From Octopus sinensis (lineage: Eukaryota), in assembly GCF_006345805.1 (NCBI RefSeq), contig NC_043008.1, forward strand, positions 73,532,001 through 73,596,000: 64,000 nt of DNA, written 5' to 3'. The notes beneath the pieces are model-generated. The model searched no databases and had not been told where the DNA came from. It saw only the letters and a program-made list of their open reading frames with translations. Position 1 is the first letter of the stretch. Every line of letters starts with the position of its first letter. The position numbers and the translations under genes are program-made. Below are positions 1 to 13,085 of this stretch, piece by piece.

Positions 1-539
1 TGTTGTCACGTTCATTTAGTAGGAACGTCAACACAAGGGTAGTTTCATGTTAGTATTGTTCTAAGTGCTTAGTCTTATATGTCATGTTGTTCAGAGGTAG
101 CAGGTTTTGTATGGAGCTCTGTGTGTGGGGTGATGTTCTAGTTGATGGTGGGCGTGTGTTCCATGTGTTTTGACTATATGGCTGCTGATAGCTCGTTGAA
201 TCTCCTCGTTTAGTTCAGCCTTCATGTTTTCTAGATAGGTTAGTAAATAAGAGTTAACTCTTTGGTTTGCCACTTGGTCCGATGATACATTCTTCATGTG
301 TATGTTATTTGGTGTTATGATTTTCCCATAGTCTTATCTTCGTTGTTTGGTTTTACGAGGTAAAATGTAGTTGTATTTTGTTTTGTTGTTGTAGTTGCAT
401 GCCTCTACTTTTATTTTTCGTTCGTTTTGTGTCCTTCAAATGGTGCTAGTTGCCTTCTAGGTTCAGGCACATCCTTTGTGACAGAATTTTGGCACATTTT
501 AGGATGGAAGAAAGGGGAGCGTCCCTTGTTCATGCCACT

Positions 540-599
540 AGGACACAACCACCTACGTACACATACATACGCACACATACATATATGTATGTACATATG

Positions 600-632
<33 letters not shown>

Positions 633-832
633 TTGTGTGTGTGTGTATATATATATATATTATATATATATATATATATATGTGTATATATATATGTATT
701 TACATATATATATACACATACATATACATATACATATACACATATATATATACACACACACATATATATACATACACACACAAACACACACACATACATA
801 TATATATACATATATGTGTTTATATGTGTGTG
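540..832. repeat. (TA)n/(TG)n/(CA)n compound microsatellite
   Basis: Direct dinucleotide runs; source of the spurious YIYI/CVCV ORFs at 427-992. Confidence 0.95.
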
Positions 833-2224
833 TGTGTGTATCTATATATATGCAACTGATCTCGCCATTCACTTACTTTTGCTGTTCTATCGGAGGAGGA
901 TTCAACAAAGTAGTGTGTTATATAAACTACCGGTAAAAAAAACCTGTACAGCGGCGAAATATATTGTATGTGTATTTCTATACGTGAGCTGATGTTCATT
1001 TCCAAATGTGCAGCTGTTTCCTCACAGCTGTACATTTTTTGAAGCCTTGTATATTTTATTACATTTTACATCTGATTCATTTCACTTTTCTAAAAGTCTC
1101 GTTCATCTGTTGAACGAAAATGCGTTCGGTTCATTTACTAGAAGTTTAACCATACAATTGAAGTATATATGACTGTGTAGCGGGGTAAACGTACATATCC
1201 GATGGGGCTTCCATGCAGTTACCGTCTGCCATATTCTACAGACGAGACGTTGCTCACACAAAAAGGCATAATATGTCATTCTGTTCAGGGTACACGGTAA
1301 AGAAGCGAACATTCTACTCTGCGTACCTATTCTCTGAAGTTAGTGGAAATGCTAATTCTCAGATGGAGATCCAGTGCGTAAATTCTCTGTCGTTTGCGTA
1401 AATATAAAATGATATATCAGGGATGATGACGTAGCACATGCAGTATGAATACGAAACTATGACACTTTAGGAAAAGTCTATATCAGCTCTGTAAGACGCA
1501 AAGTTATATGACGAGATCCACCAACTCCAAAATGCCTTTATTTTATAAAGAAGTTAAGAAAACAGAAAACAGATCGTGAAAAGGCAGAGAGAAAATGCGT
1601 AGGTTGAGTATTAGATACAAATACAAAATAATTCTATTCTGTTGAGTGTTTTACCTGCATTTCATACATTTATTTATCAATGTTGTTGGCCATCTCGAGT
1701 TAACAGCAATAACAACACAAAAAAGAATTAGCTTTGTCAACAGAATTGTTTTCAATAGACTCAGGAGAAGCTGAGATGTTTATACTACTGACTTAATCTA
1801 TTCCCTCATTCGATGCTACTCTTTTTTCTTCTTGTGCCATCATCCCTGCTGCCACCCTGCCGCCACCCTGCCACCACAAACGCCGCCGGTGCTTCCACCA
1901 CCACCACCGTTACCCTTCCCCAACAACAACAACAACAACAACAACAATAAGAACTACAACACCGCCACCATCAGCGTCATTATTATCACCATCATCACAT
2001 TATATTTACACCAATTTCCTCCGTTCTGTCGCTGTATTCTTCCTCTATGGTCATTTATCCGTCTCCCCACCATTTCTTCCTCTATCATTTACCTATCCAA
2101 ATGAAATGCATATCATATATCTGAAGAAGATATATTAAACAAATGCAACACATACATGGACGCAAGCCACACAAACACACACGAACGCTAGGTTATACAT
2201 ACATGCATACATACATACATACAT

Positions 2225-2297
<73 letters not shown>

Positions 2298-2916
2298 AGG
2301 ATAAGATCATTATTTAAATATCGAACTTATCAAGTGGCCAGCATGGGAATAAAAACCTTCAAAGGTAATAATTATTATTAAAATTATAATTTAGGGTATC
2401 TAAGAGATACCACCACGCTTGAAATAGCAGCCAAAACTTGACTCGAAAGCCACTTTAAAAGTTCATACAGCACCAGGAGAGAAGACAAACTAAACTAGCA
2501 AAAGAAGTTGCTGGATAATTCCAGATCCCGGATTTCTGACTTTGCATTCGTGCATATATATGTATGTATACGTTCGTTATGTAAGTATTCGTATGTTATA
2601 TAACCACTTTGGTCACATGCCTTCACAATGCTGCAAGGTCACTCGTAAATGCAGGCACAATTGCTGCCACATCACAACACATTAAAAGCTTTATACTTCA
2701 CTTATCTTTTTATGTTAAGCTGTCACTAAGATGTTTTACGGTATAATCAACCACTCGCATGTTTTTCCCATAGCTCTCTCATTCAAGTACGCAACATTTT
2801 TCGTTATTTCCTTGTTCTTGCCTCCAATATATCGTATTTCCCTCAACAGTCTCACAATCAAACTTCTATCTCTCTCTCCCATTTTATGTGACATTCATAA
2901 GCTCTTTGCTCTTTTT

Positions 2917-3151
2917 CAGTGGTTCTCAATCACTTTTTATCCATGAACTTTTTTGATTCCTATTTTACTCGAATGGACCTCCACAGGTATTCCCTGTATA
3001 AACTTCATTATTTCTATAATTAAATATTATATGGAATTATATAAGAAAAATTGATATGTGTATTGTAGAAGCATAAGCAATTTATTGTACATAAATTTAA
3101 ACAAGAAAATCTTATATGCAACCCCATATGGACCCCGGTTGCGAACTACTG
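2917..3151. mobile_element. hAT-type MITE (~235 bp)
   Basis: Terminal inverted repeats CAGTGGTTCTCAA (2917-2929) and TTGCGAACTACTG (3139-3151), with a subterminal GGACCCC motif typical of hAT/Charlie MITEs. The 8-bp flanks CTCTTTTT / CTCTAATC match only in part. Confidence 0.65.
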
Positions 3152-4143
3152 CTCTAATCTATACCACATTACACTGACTTCCTGTAGTCAGCCCTCACAT
3201 ATATTAATATACCTAATCTTTCAGTGTATCATATACACACATGCTCTCTCTCTCCCTCTCTCTTTCTCTCTCTCTCACAAACACACCTCTAAATAAATAT
3301 CTACATGTATATATGTACAAATCTCGACAAACACATTCTCATATTCACTAGTTGATTTACGCTTTATCTTCCGCCGTCCGTCTTTACATTTTCTAAAACA
3401 TTACCTTCAAAATTTCTCACTCAACACTTGCATTCTTTTTCCCTCCACTAAGCTACAAAACCCCTCACATCCTTTCGTTCACCCCATTTATGCCACTATG
3501 CTTCTTGTTTGCTCAAACATATATTTGCCGTCATCCAACCTGCGCTCTGCCGAGTTAGCAATGGAATTAATAAAATTGCTTTGTATATCTTTTGGCTACC
3601 AATTGTGACAAGAAGATTCGGCATAAATATATGTTAAGTTCAATGAAATGAAATACCATTCATTTAGGAAAAAAATATCCATGCTTCGAAACAGAAAGGT
3701 AGCAGCGAAGAGATTAGCAAAGAAGCCGGCGTAAAAAGATGATGAATAACGACCGTAAAAAGATATGAGATAGTCGCAACAACAGTACCTATCAAAAACA
3801 GGAGGAAAACGATAATAAGAATAATAAATATAGCAAAAATATTTCATAAAATAATCAGACGAGGTTTGAGAGGAATACATATACAAGCAATAATGAAAAA
3901 AATATACCTCAATAAATAAAACATAGCCAAGGTGGCAGACATTGGCGATGTAAAATAAAAAAAATATCAAGCTATAAACATGTTTAAAATAGTAAACGAG
4001 CTTCTTATGTTTAAGGAGGCATATATAAAAATAGGTATATACATGCATGCACACACACATGTATATGTACGCGCTTATATGTATGTATGTATTCATGTAT
4101 GTATGTATGTATGTATGTATGTATGTATATACGTACGTACGTA

Positions 4144-5100
4144 CAAGATGCAGTGAATAAATTGTCATCTAAATTACGCAAAAATGAAAATAACAATGTA
4201 TTCTTATTTTAACAGACATATTTACCAAAATTACATAAAAATATTTTGAAATACTAAAGAATAAATTTATTCAATAAAAGCAACATTGGCTTCAACCATG
4301 GCCGCCAGACGAATTCGGAATCTCCTACAATTTTTCTGGGCGGTCTCCTTGTTGATGTTATTGAATGCTGCAATAATCCTTTCCTTCAGTTCATATTTGG
4401 CGTTACAAGGAGTTTTGTTGGCCTCTCGCTCAACTACACACCACACATAATAACGAAGGAGGTCGCAGTCTGGGGAGTTAGTTGGCCAGATGTTAGGGGC
4501 CGTGTGGCTGCAGAAATTGTCTGACAGCCATGACTGGGTTCTCCTGCTTGTGTAGCATGGTGCAGAGTCCTGTTCCAGCAGCGACCCTCTTGACGCAAGG
4601 CAGCACTACCTCCCGCAAGCACTTGATGTAGGCCTCCGTGTTGAGTCTGAGACTGTGTGGGAAGATGAATGGCGGTTTAAAGTCACCATCACTAGTGATT
4701 ACTCCAAACACCATGATGTTTGATGTTTATTACTCTCGATACATGTTTTGGGGACGATGCAAACCAACGGTTCTTCTGTATGTTCACTATCTAATCCTGT
4801 CAGAATTTTTATGTTCGGTTCGAGGAGATGCTTCAGTTTGTTCAAAAACTTCGCAGCGCGGTCTTTCCTCTCGTCCTTGGTTTACAATTTGGCCCTTTCT
4901 CTTCTTCTACGTGGAATATCGAATGCATTACCTGCCTGATAAGAAACTCAGAACTCCTATGTCTCTGGCAGTGGATCATTGGTTTGGAGGGCTTATTGTC
5001 AATCATGGCCTGGATTTTACCAACAAATTCAGGAGTTCTTTCATATCAGAACAATCAGAGTGAATTTTGTGGGCTGCTGTACCTTCTTAATTGCCAAAAT
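4144..5100 (-). mobile_element. Tc1/mariner DD37D (maT) transposon, decayed transposase
   Basis: Minus-strand frameshifted translation gives RTPEFVGKIQAMIDNKPSK...KDRAAKFLNKLKH...NRWFASSP...MVFGVITSDGDFKPPFIFP...QDSAPCYTSRRTQSWLSDNFCSHTAPNIWPTNSPDCDLLRYYVW...FIE* (stop 4267-4269). There are 37 residues between the QD aspartate and the third catalytic position, which is mutated to R. A TA dinucleotide at 4142-4143 precedes the terminus. Confidence 0.9.
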
Positions 5101-5211
5101 ATATATATATGTATGTATGTATATACATATATGCTTATATATATATATATGTATATATATATGCATACATATATACATATATATATCGAGAGAAAGAGAG
5201 AGAGATAGACG

Positions 5212-5277
<66 letters not shown>

Positions 5278-5477
5278 CAGATAGATAGATAGAAGAAGTG
5301 CTGAAGAGTTCCTGTCATTGGGTTAAACAAAACGCAGGGGGTTGGACTTTTAGGTTACTGGGATGGAAACAAACCAACGCAGATTGTTAATGGTGGTGAG
5401 GAACCAACACATAGAGAAAGACAAGTAGACGCATGCGCATACACGTAAACATACACACATATACACACGCGAGCGCG

Positions 5478-5636
5478 CGTGACTATCTTCTTTCAGTTTC
5501 CGTCCAGCAAATCGACTAAAATAGTGTTTGTCGTCTTCGGGCAATGCAAGATGAAACTTTGCCAAGTTGCAGACAGTTTGACCGAAACGAAACCATGTGG
5601 TTGGAAAGCAACATTCTTACAACACAGCTACGCCTT
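5478..5636 (-). mobile_element. Degenerate tRNA-derived SINE (family B) 5' part
   Basis: Reverse complement resembles the head of the 8008-8396 copy (accacatggtt...gacggaaactgaaagaag). Confidence 0.6.
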
Positions 5637-6364
5637 ACATACATGCATACATACATACATACATACATACATACATACATACATACATACATACATGCAT
5701 ACATTCACAAATACATACACGCACACATACACACACACAGACACATATATATATATATGTGTATATAGATATACTTTTCCATTCATCCACGTCCAATGAT
5801 TGTTAGTTTACATTTCCACATTTGGAAGACACTTTGATATGAAAATATTCGGTAAGAGTAATTGGCTGTGATGCAACTAACGAATACCACTGTAGGTGTA
5901 TATATATATATATATTATATATATGTATAAAATAAGGGCAAAAGTAAAATTTTTATGCCAAATATGCCGAAAAAGACAAAATTGTCAATAACCATTATAA
6001 TTTAAGCGTCTCGAAACAAGCCGATAGAAATTTCTAAAAAAATCCCTTATTACCGTATCGATCCCAATTTCGGGGTTAATTCATAAGAATTTTCCCCTCC
6101 TCAGCGATAAATACGTAAGACATAAATGAAATACTTACTCATACCCATGGAAAAAGCAAGCACTAAGTCCTGAGCAGACCTAAGTACCTCAAATATATCC
6201 AAAATAGAAAATCTTCGGCACATATCAAGACACGTGTGATTCAAACTAGAAACTTTCACAAAGTGAGAGAATCCGGAAGTGAACACTATTAAATTTACAA
6301 CTATATGTTATTATTTACAAATATATGTTATTTATAAATTTAACCTTTAAAGGTATTTTTTGAC

Positions 6365-6805
6365 ATGCTGACCATTGATAAAAATAGGCCATATGTGTTT
6401 CAGTAAGATACTATCACACATCGCTCTAGCAACACAGGATGGCTGAAAATTTTCATGTTCGCATAACCCCTAACATCTGGCCTCCTAATTCAATCGATTG
6501 GTCTATTACATGTGGAGCGTTGTTGTGAGAGGGGTCAATGAACATGCCTATAACACCAAAGATTCTTTGATAGCTGCCGCAATCAGAGTAATGTCCAAAA
6601 TGAACCAGGACCACTTGAGTCGAGATTATTTAGGTCTAATATAGAAGCAGTTGTTGAAGCTGAACGTGGCTTTTTTGAATAACATTATAGAAAGGAAGAT
6701 TTATTTTCATCCTCATATCAGATTTTGATAAAGTTATTATCTGTTGTTATATATATGTTTTTTTATAAACATAAATCTGTCCTCAAACATCTTACGCATC
6801 CTCTA
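6365..6805 (+). mobile_element. DD37D (maT) mariner 3' fragment with right TIR
   Basis: Translation RPYVFQ*D...ENFHVRITPNIWPPNS...YYMWSVV...NTKDSLIAAAIRVMSKMNQDHL...IEAVVEAERGFFE*. The terminus CCTCAAACATCTTACGCATCCTCTA matches the inverted left end at 27720. Confidence 0.85.
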
Positions 6806-6821
6806 TATATACATATATATT

Positions 6822-6970
6822 TCTCGTTTGACTCACTAGGCTGTGGCCATACTGGGGTATCACATTAAGAAAATTTACTCGTGCGAATCAACATCAGTAC
6901 TTTTTTCTAAAGCCTGGTACTTATTTTACTGGTCCTTTTGCCGTACCACTAGGTTACGGGAACAGAAACA
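6822..6970 (-). mobile_element. Degenerate SINE family B 3' part
   Basis: Resembles the tail of the 41920-42135 and 45752-46005 copies. Confidence 0.5.
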
Positions 6971-7140
6971 CACGAGTACACACACGCACACACATACACA
7001 GACACACACATACACATACACATACATATATCCACACACACACATATAATAATAACGAGTAGCAACAAAGAATGAAACCACGATATTAGATAAATAGAGG
7101 ATCATTTATATCTATTATAATTTAGAACAAACAGTAAAAG

Positions 7141-7218
7141 GTTGTCATTATAGTACTTGAAGTTTCGATTGTCGGAGCGAAGAGCTATGATGCATTCTCG
7201 TCGGCTATTAATGGCAAC
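7141..7218 (-). ncRNA. Type I hammerhead ribozyme (U4C variant)
   Basis: Minus strand reads guugccauuaauag-CCGACGA-gaaug(21-nt loop)caauc-GAAA-cuucaag-UA-cuauaaugacaac. Stem I is ~12 bp with one bulge and one mismatch, stem II has 4 of 5 pairs, stem III is near-palindromic, and the cleavage triplet is GUA. Confidence 0.7.
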
Positions 7219-7289
7219 ATATGCTACGAAAAATCCATTAAATAAAAGGGAAGTTACTCTAAAGGTAGAAAAGGAAAAAATGAAAAAGA

Positions 7290-7664
7290 TTAAAAAAATA
7301 CACGCAACCATATTCTCACAATATATCGACATAAACCTCCTGCGTTCACAACATTTACATAAGTACACCCTCACAAAAATGTATATGTACATGCACTTAC
7401 ACGCACAAACAAATATGTGTATATGAGGATGAGGTTGCGTACACATATACACACACACACATATATATACATACTTGTGTGCGTGTGTGTATGTATGAGT
7501 ACGTACATACACATATATGTTTGTGTGTGTGTATGTGCATATACGCATACATGTTTGTGTGTGTACGTAAGACCACTTGAACGCAGGAGGTATATATCTA
7601 TGTATTGTGAAAATATGGATGCGTGTACTTTTTATCTGTTTTCTTTTTTGTATATATATATATA

Positions 7665-7715
<51 letters not shown>

Positions 7716-7736
7716 TACACACACATATATATACAT

Positions 7737-7767
<31 letters not shown>

Positions 7768-7948
7768 CATACTTGTGTGCGTGTGTGCATGTATGAGTAC
7801 GTACATACACATATATGTTTGTGTGTGTGAGTATGTGCATATACGCATACATGTTTGTGTGTGTACGTTAGACCTCTTGAACGCAGGAGGTATATATCTA
7901 TGTATTGTGAAAATATGGATAGGTGTATTTTATCTGTCTTCTTTTTTG

Positions 7949-8001
<53 letters not shown>

Positions 8002-8590
8002 TATATAGGCGCAGGAGTGGCTGTGTGGTAAGTAGCTTGCCAACCAACCACATGGTTCCGGGTTCAGTCCCACTGCGTGGCATCTTGGGCAAATGTCTTC
8101 TGCTATAGCTCCGGGCCGACCAATGCCTTGTGAGTGGATTTGGTAGACGGAAACTGAAAGAAGCCTGTCGTATATATGTATATATATATAAGTGTATGTG
8201 TATATGTTTGTTTGTCCCCCTAGCATTGCTTGACAACCGATGCTGGTGTGTTTACTTCCCCGTCACATAGCGGTTCGGCAAAAGAGACCGATAGAATAAG
8301 TCGATTTTCTCAACTAAAGGCGGTGCTCCAGCATGGCCGCAGTCAAATGACTGAAACAAGTAAAAGAGAAAAAGAGTAAAAGAGTAAAAGAGTAAATATA
8401 TTTATATACAAAAAAGAAAACAGATAAAAAATACACGCATCCATATTTTCACAATACATATATATATACCTCCTGCGTTCAAGATGTCTTACGTACACAC
8501 ACATACATGTATGCGTATATGCACATACTCACACAAACATATATGTGTATGTACGTACTCATACATACACACACGCACACAAGTATGTAT
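7290..8590. repeat. Four copies of a ~190-bp unit in both orientations
   Basis: Unit containing aaaatacacgcatccatattttcacaata...cctcctgcgttca at ~7290-7400 (+, partial), ~7470-7655 (-), ~7765-7955 (-) and ~8400-8590 (+). Confidence 0.85.
8008..8396 (+). mobile_element. tRNA-derived SINE (family B), near full length
   Basis: A-box-like TGGCTGTGTGG, B-box-like GGTTCAGTCCC, central microsatellite, tail ...ccagcatggccgcagtcaaatgactgaaacaagtaaaagag(taaaagag)n. Many copies occur in the window. Confidence 0.9.
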
Positions 8591-8601
8591 ATATATATAT
8601 A

Positions 8602-8633
<32 letters not shown>

Positions 8634-8704
8634 CATATGTATACACATATACATATATATATATATATATGTATATATATACATACATACATATGTATAT
8701 ACAT

Positions 8705-8860
8705 ACAACGATCTTCTGTCAGTACCAGTCTGCTAAATCCATTCACAAGGCTTTGGGCGAACCGAGGTTATAGTAGAAGACAGCTGATGAAGGTGTCATG
8801 CCGTTGGACCGAACTCGGAAGCATGTGGTTGCGAAACAAACTTCTTACCACACAGTCACA
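8705..8860 (-). mobile_element. Degenerate SINE family B head
   Basis: aaatccattcacaaggctttgggcga...accatgtggttg-like sequence, reverse complement of the family B head. Confidence 0.6.
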
Positions 8861-9469
8861 AATGTATGTATATTTATTAAAATGTATACAAGTACGTATA
8901 TATGAATATATATGGTATTAGAGCATCACTGTGGAAGAAGCAAATTAGAAAAACAAAACCAACAACGTCGACGACGACGACGATGATGATGATGATGATG
9001 ATGATGGTGATGATGATTATGACGATGATGATTATTATCATGATGATTATCATGATTATGATGATGCTGACGATGATGATTATGATGATCGTGATAATAA
9101 TAATAAGACAAAAGAAAATGAATGAGGAAAGAAATAATATGGCATTAGATAAATTTATGAAACATCTGTGTTGGTAAATATAACAATTGTTATCTATTGA
9201 ATAAAGTATTCATTTATTGTATCTCATCTTCACTGTTAAATTTTCTGATTTTGTAATTTTTGCTTGTTTTGGTTGTTATTTGGTGCTCTTTCCATTAGGT
9301 TTCCGGTTATGTCTCGCTGGACTGGACTCCACCCCGCCTTCACCTAATATGTAAACACACATACACATATTCGGTTCCATATATACGAATACACATAAAT
9401 ATAATATATATTTTATGCGTGCACTTGTATAGAAAAATATATGTAAAGTCTTATGGTTTATGCATATAT

Positions 9470-9723
<254 letters not shown>

Positions 9724-10893
9724 TTGTATGTATACACACACACACGTCTGTATGTATATATGTATATATATGTATATGTCAAAAACCATAAATATAAGTT
9801 TCTATTTAAGCGCCTGCACAATATATATAGTATATTTAGGTGTATTCATATATAGGCGTACATATATATATAAATGTACTTACATATTTATGCATATATG
9901 TATATAGGCACACACACACACATATACACACATAGAAACACACACACGTACATACATATGTGTGTGTGTTTGTGTGTGTGAATATATAAACACAATGATC
10001 TTGATATATACGCGTACACCAAGAGCATGTTTACAAACGTTTATCCCACCCCACATACACACATGTACACTTACACCTACACACAATCGGCCTCATACGT
10101 ATAAATCTGAAAATGAAAATGGCGGAAAACTGAAAAGCATTCAGTTGCACAATAAAAAATATTCTCGAATGGTTTACATTATTTTGTTTTTGACTTTTTA
10201 TGCTTATTTTTTAAAAATATGCATAAGTATTGATGTATATGTGGATCTATCTGTGTATAATATATGAATACATTTGTGTATATTTATGCGTCATTTTATG
10301 GCCATGTTTACGTGAACGTTTGTGTGTATGTCTGATTATATTAAAGTGTATTTCGGTGGATGACTGTGTTTGTTTGTGTGTATGACGGTATGTATAGGTA
10401 TACGTGTGTGCGTGTATTTTTATATATTTGTGTATGTGTGTGTGTGTGTATTTCTTATTGGGAAATCATATGAGTGTTGTTTAAGCTGTTATTAAATACA
10501 ACATATTCAAATTTCAGTGTTTGTTCGGGTGATAGTTGTTGTTGGGGAATAGGTTGCTGGAATAAAAGGTGACAAACAACAACTTGCATACATATTCGTA
10601 TATACGTATACGCGCATGTACAGACACACCTTTACTTTCTATCGCACACAACAATCTCAACATCAACATTAAACCAAGAAATATGAAAATTAAAACGTTT
10701 TAGTAGAATCAAAGAAAACAGACGATGGTTGTTAAGCACAACAACAACAAGAACAATAGTACTGGCTAATGATGTCGTCTGGTTTTCCTTCGTCTACAAT
10801 GGAGCACAAATACTTACTATACATATAGTAACATACAAACCTAAATCTTTTCATAATGCACATAAACACACCTGTGTGTGTGTGTTTGCGTTC

Positions 10894-10928
<35 letters not shown>

Positions 10929-11529
10929 AATTAAATTACAAAGGTTTCCCCAAAACACTTGAACTCCCTCTTTGAAACCTCAAGGAACCTATAAAGTGAA
11001 GCACAAGGACTCAGCTCTGAGTGCACTGCATCTTATAGCAGAAACAGACGTATGCTAATGAAGTTGATTCCATAATTTTTTGTTCCTTGTCATGTATTTA
11101 ATTTCAACAAACGCTTTATATGGAATCACATATGTATATTGAGCTCTAGTACAAGGACTAGATTATTACGATCACCTAAGCAATACATGTGTGTGTATGT
11201 GCGTGTGTGTTTGTGTGTGCTTAGAAAGATTTATCACATCTTTAATGGTCAGTTACAGTTGTTTCTGTACCAACACTGCTGACGACGCCAGTCCACACAA
11301 TAATTCCAAGTGAAAATTTACGTAATACTAGCGGATTTAAACATCAGAGCAGCACTTCTTCTAACCTGGATCAAAAGAGCGCTCTTATACTGTGTAACTG
11401 CCAGATTGTGTCTTGAAAATATTAGGAGGAAACAAAAAGAGTAGATAGTAAAGATAGAAATCAAAAGAAATTGTGAAAAGAGGACTGGAGCAAAAGCATC
11501 GTATATGATAAATGTATGGTTAAGAGATT

Positions 11530-11645
11530 AAGTAGCAGCAGCAGAAGAAAAGGAAGAAGAAGTAGAAGAAGAAGAAGAAGAAGAAGAAGAAGAAGAAGAA
11601 GAAGAAGAAGAAGAAGAAGAAAAGAAGAAGAAGAAGAAAGAAGCA
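11530..11645. repeat. (AAG)n microsatellite
   Basis: Direct trinucleotide run. Confidence 0.95.
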
Positions 11646-12222
11646 TAATAAACGGAAGGCAATGAGGACAATAAGTGACACCACCGTCATCGGTACCAAG
11701 TCACAATGGACAAGTGAATATAGTAATCTTCGTGTGGAAGGGAATAATAAAAATGTTTCTAGAATAGCTAAGAATGTGAAACATATGTTAATGAGTAAAT
11801 ATTTCCACATAAACTAACGCCATATATATATATATATATTAATATATATATATACATATAAGATATCCTTAATCAAGAATATTAGTAGTTACCATTTCAT
11901 TGAAGAACTAAGGAGTGTCCAGTTTGAAAAGGTAATACTGGTTGGTAGTTCCATGATTGAAGTCCTTAGTAAAAGATAATATCCGCTAGATGATGAATTA
12001 TCAAGAAAAATCCATGGTAAACGATGACAGAAGTTATTAGTTCTATGTTTGAAGAGAAAATGAGATAGATATGATTGGAAGGCCTTCAAAGAGTACATGA
12101 CAGTGTGAAAGAAAGACACACTCACATACACACACATTCACACACATACATATATACATACATGTATACATACATACATACATACATACATACATACATA
12201 CATACAATACATACATACACAC

Positions 12223-12270
<48 letters not shown>

Positions 12271-12673
12271 TATATATATATGTTTATGCTCTCTTCTGGG
12301 GTATTGTAAACGTCTATAATTTTGCTGGTAGAATCATTCATTCCAGTTATAAATTCCTGAGGGAAAGCCTAACTTGTGATGTCAAAAGTATGATATTTCG
12401 TTTTGTTTTGAAGTAATTAGAGTTGGAAACAGTTTGTAGAGGCCTTATTATATTACATCTACCAACTTGGAACAAAGTAACGTCTTCACATCTATTTTTC
12501 CTTTCCTCATCATACATTATTTATTGTAGCAATATTGAATATATAAATTTTATATATTCCTTGCTTTGGATTGAACTGGCGGACTTGGATATTTAACATC
12601 CCTTCGAGGGATTTAAGTACTTGCTTTATATATATATTATATATATATAGTAGATATTATAAGATATATATAT

Positions 12674-12781
<108 letters not shown>

Positions 12782-12890
12782 TAATAAATAATGAGGGTAG
12801 AGAAATTGATATTAAACAATTACCATCGATTTAAACCAGTGGCTTAGCATATTTTAAAAATCCGAAGATTAAAAATGATATTACAAATCC

Positions 12891-12999
12891 AAAGTGGATT
12901 TCTAATATGCTAAAAACGGTCGCTGAAATTTTCTTGAGATCACACTCTTTGTGGTAAGGTGATTTGACGTCTGATTTTAGTATATTAGGAATCCACTTT
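12891..12999. repeat. 25-bp inverted repeat with 59-bp spacer
   Basis: AAAGTGGATTTCTAATATGCTAAAA (12891-12915) versus TTTTAGTATATTAGGAATCCACTTT (12975-12999), two mismatches. Confidence 0.85.
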
Positions 13000-13044
13000 A
13001 GTGGTAATTTCTCTTATATTTGTATATATACACACTAACACACA

Positions 13045-13085
<41 letters not shown>

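Noticed and set aside
91-297. 68-aa minus-strand ORF at the window start
   Set aside because: No recognisable motif. It may be the N-terminal region of a retroelement extending beyond the window, but this cannot be supported.
427-992. Long ORFs of 169-180 aa, and similar [12 protein letters not shown] ORFs throughout the window
   Set aside because: They are translations of dinucleotide microsatellites that lack stop codons, with no protein-like composition.
1422-1465. ATGATGA...GAAAC hammerhead-like motif
   Set aside because: C3 is missing, the stem II register conflicts with GAAA, and there is no UH triplet or stem I.
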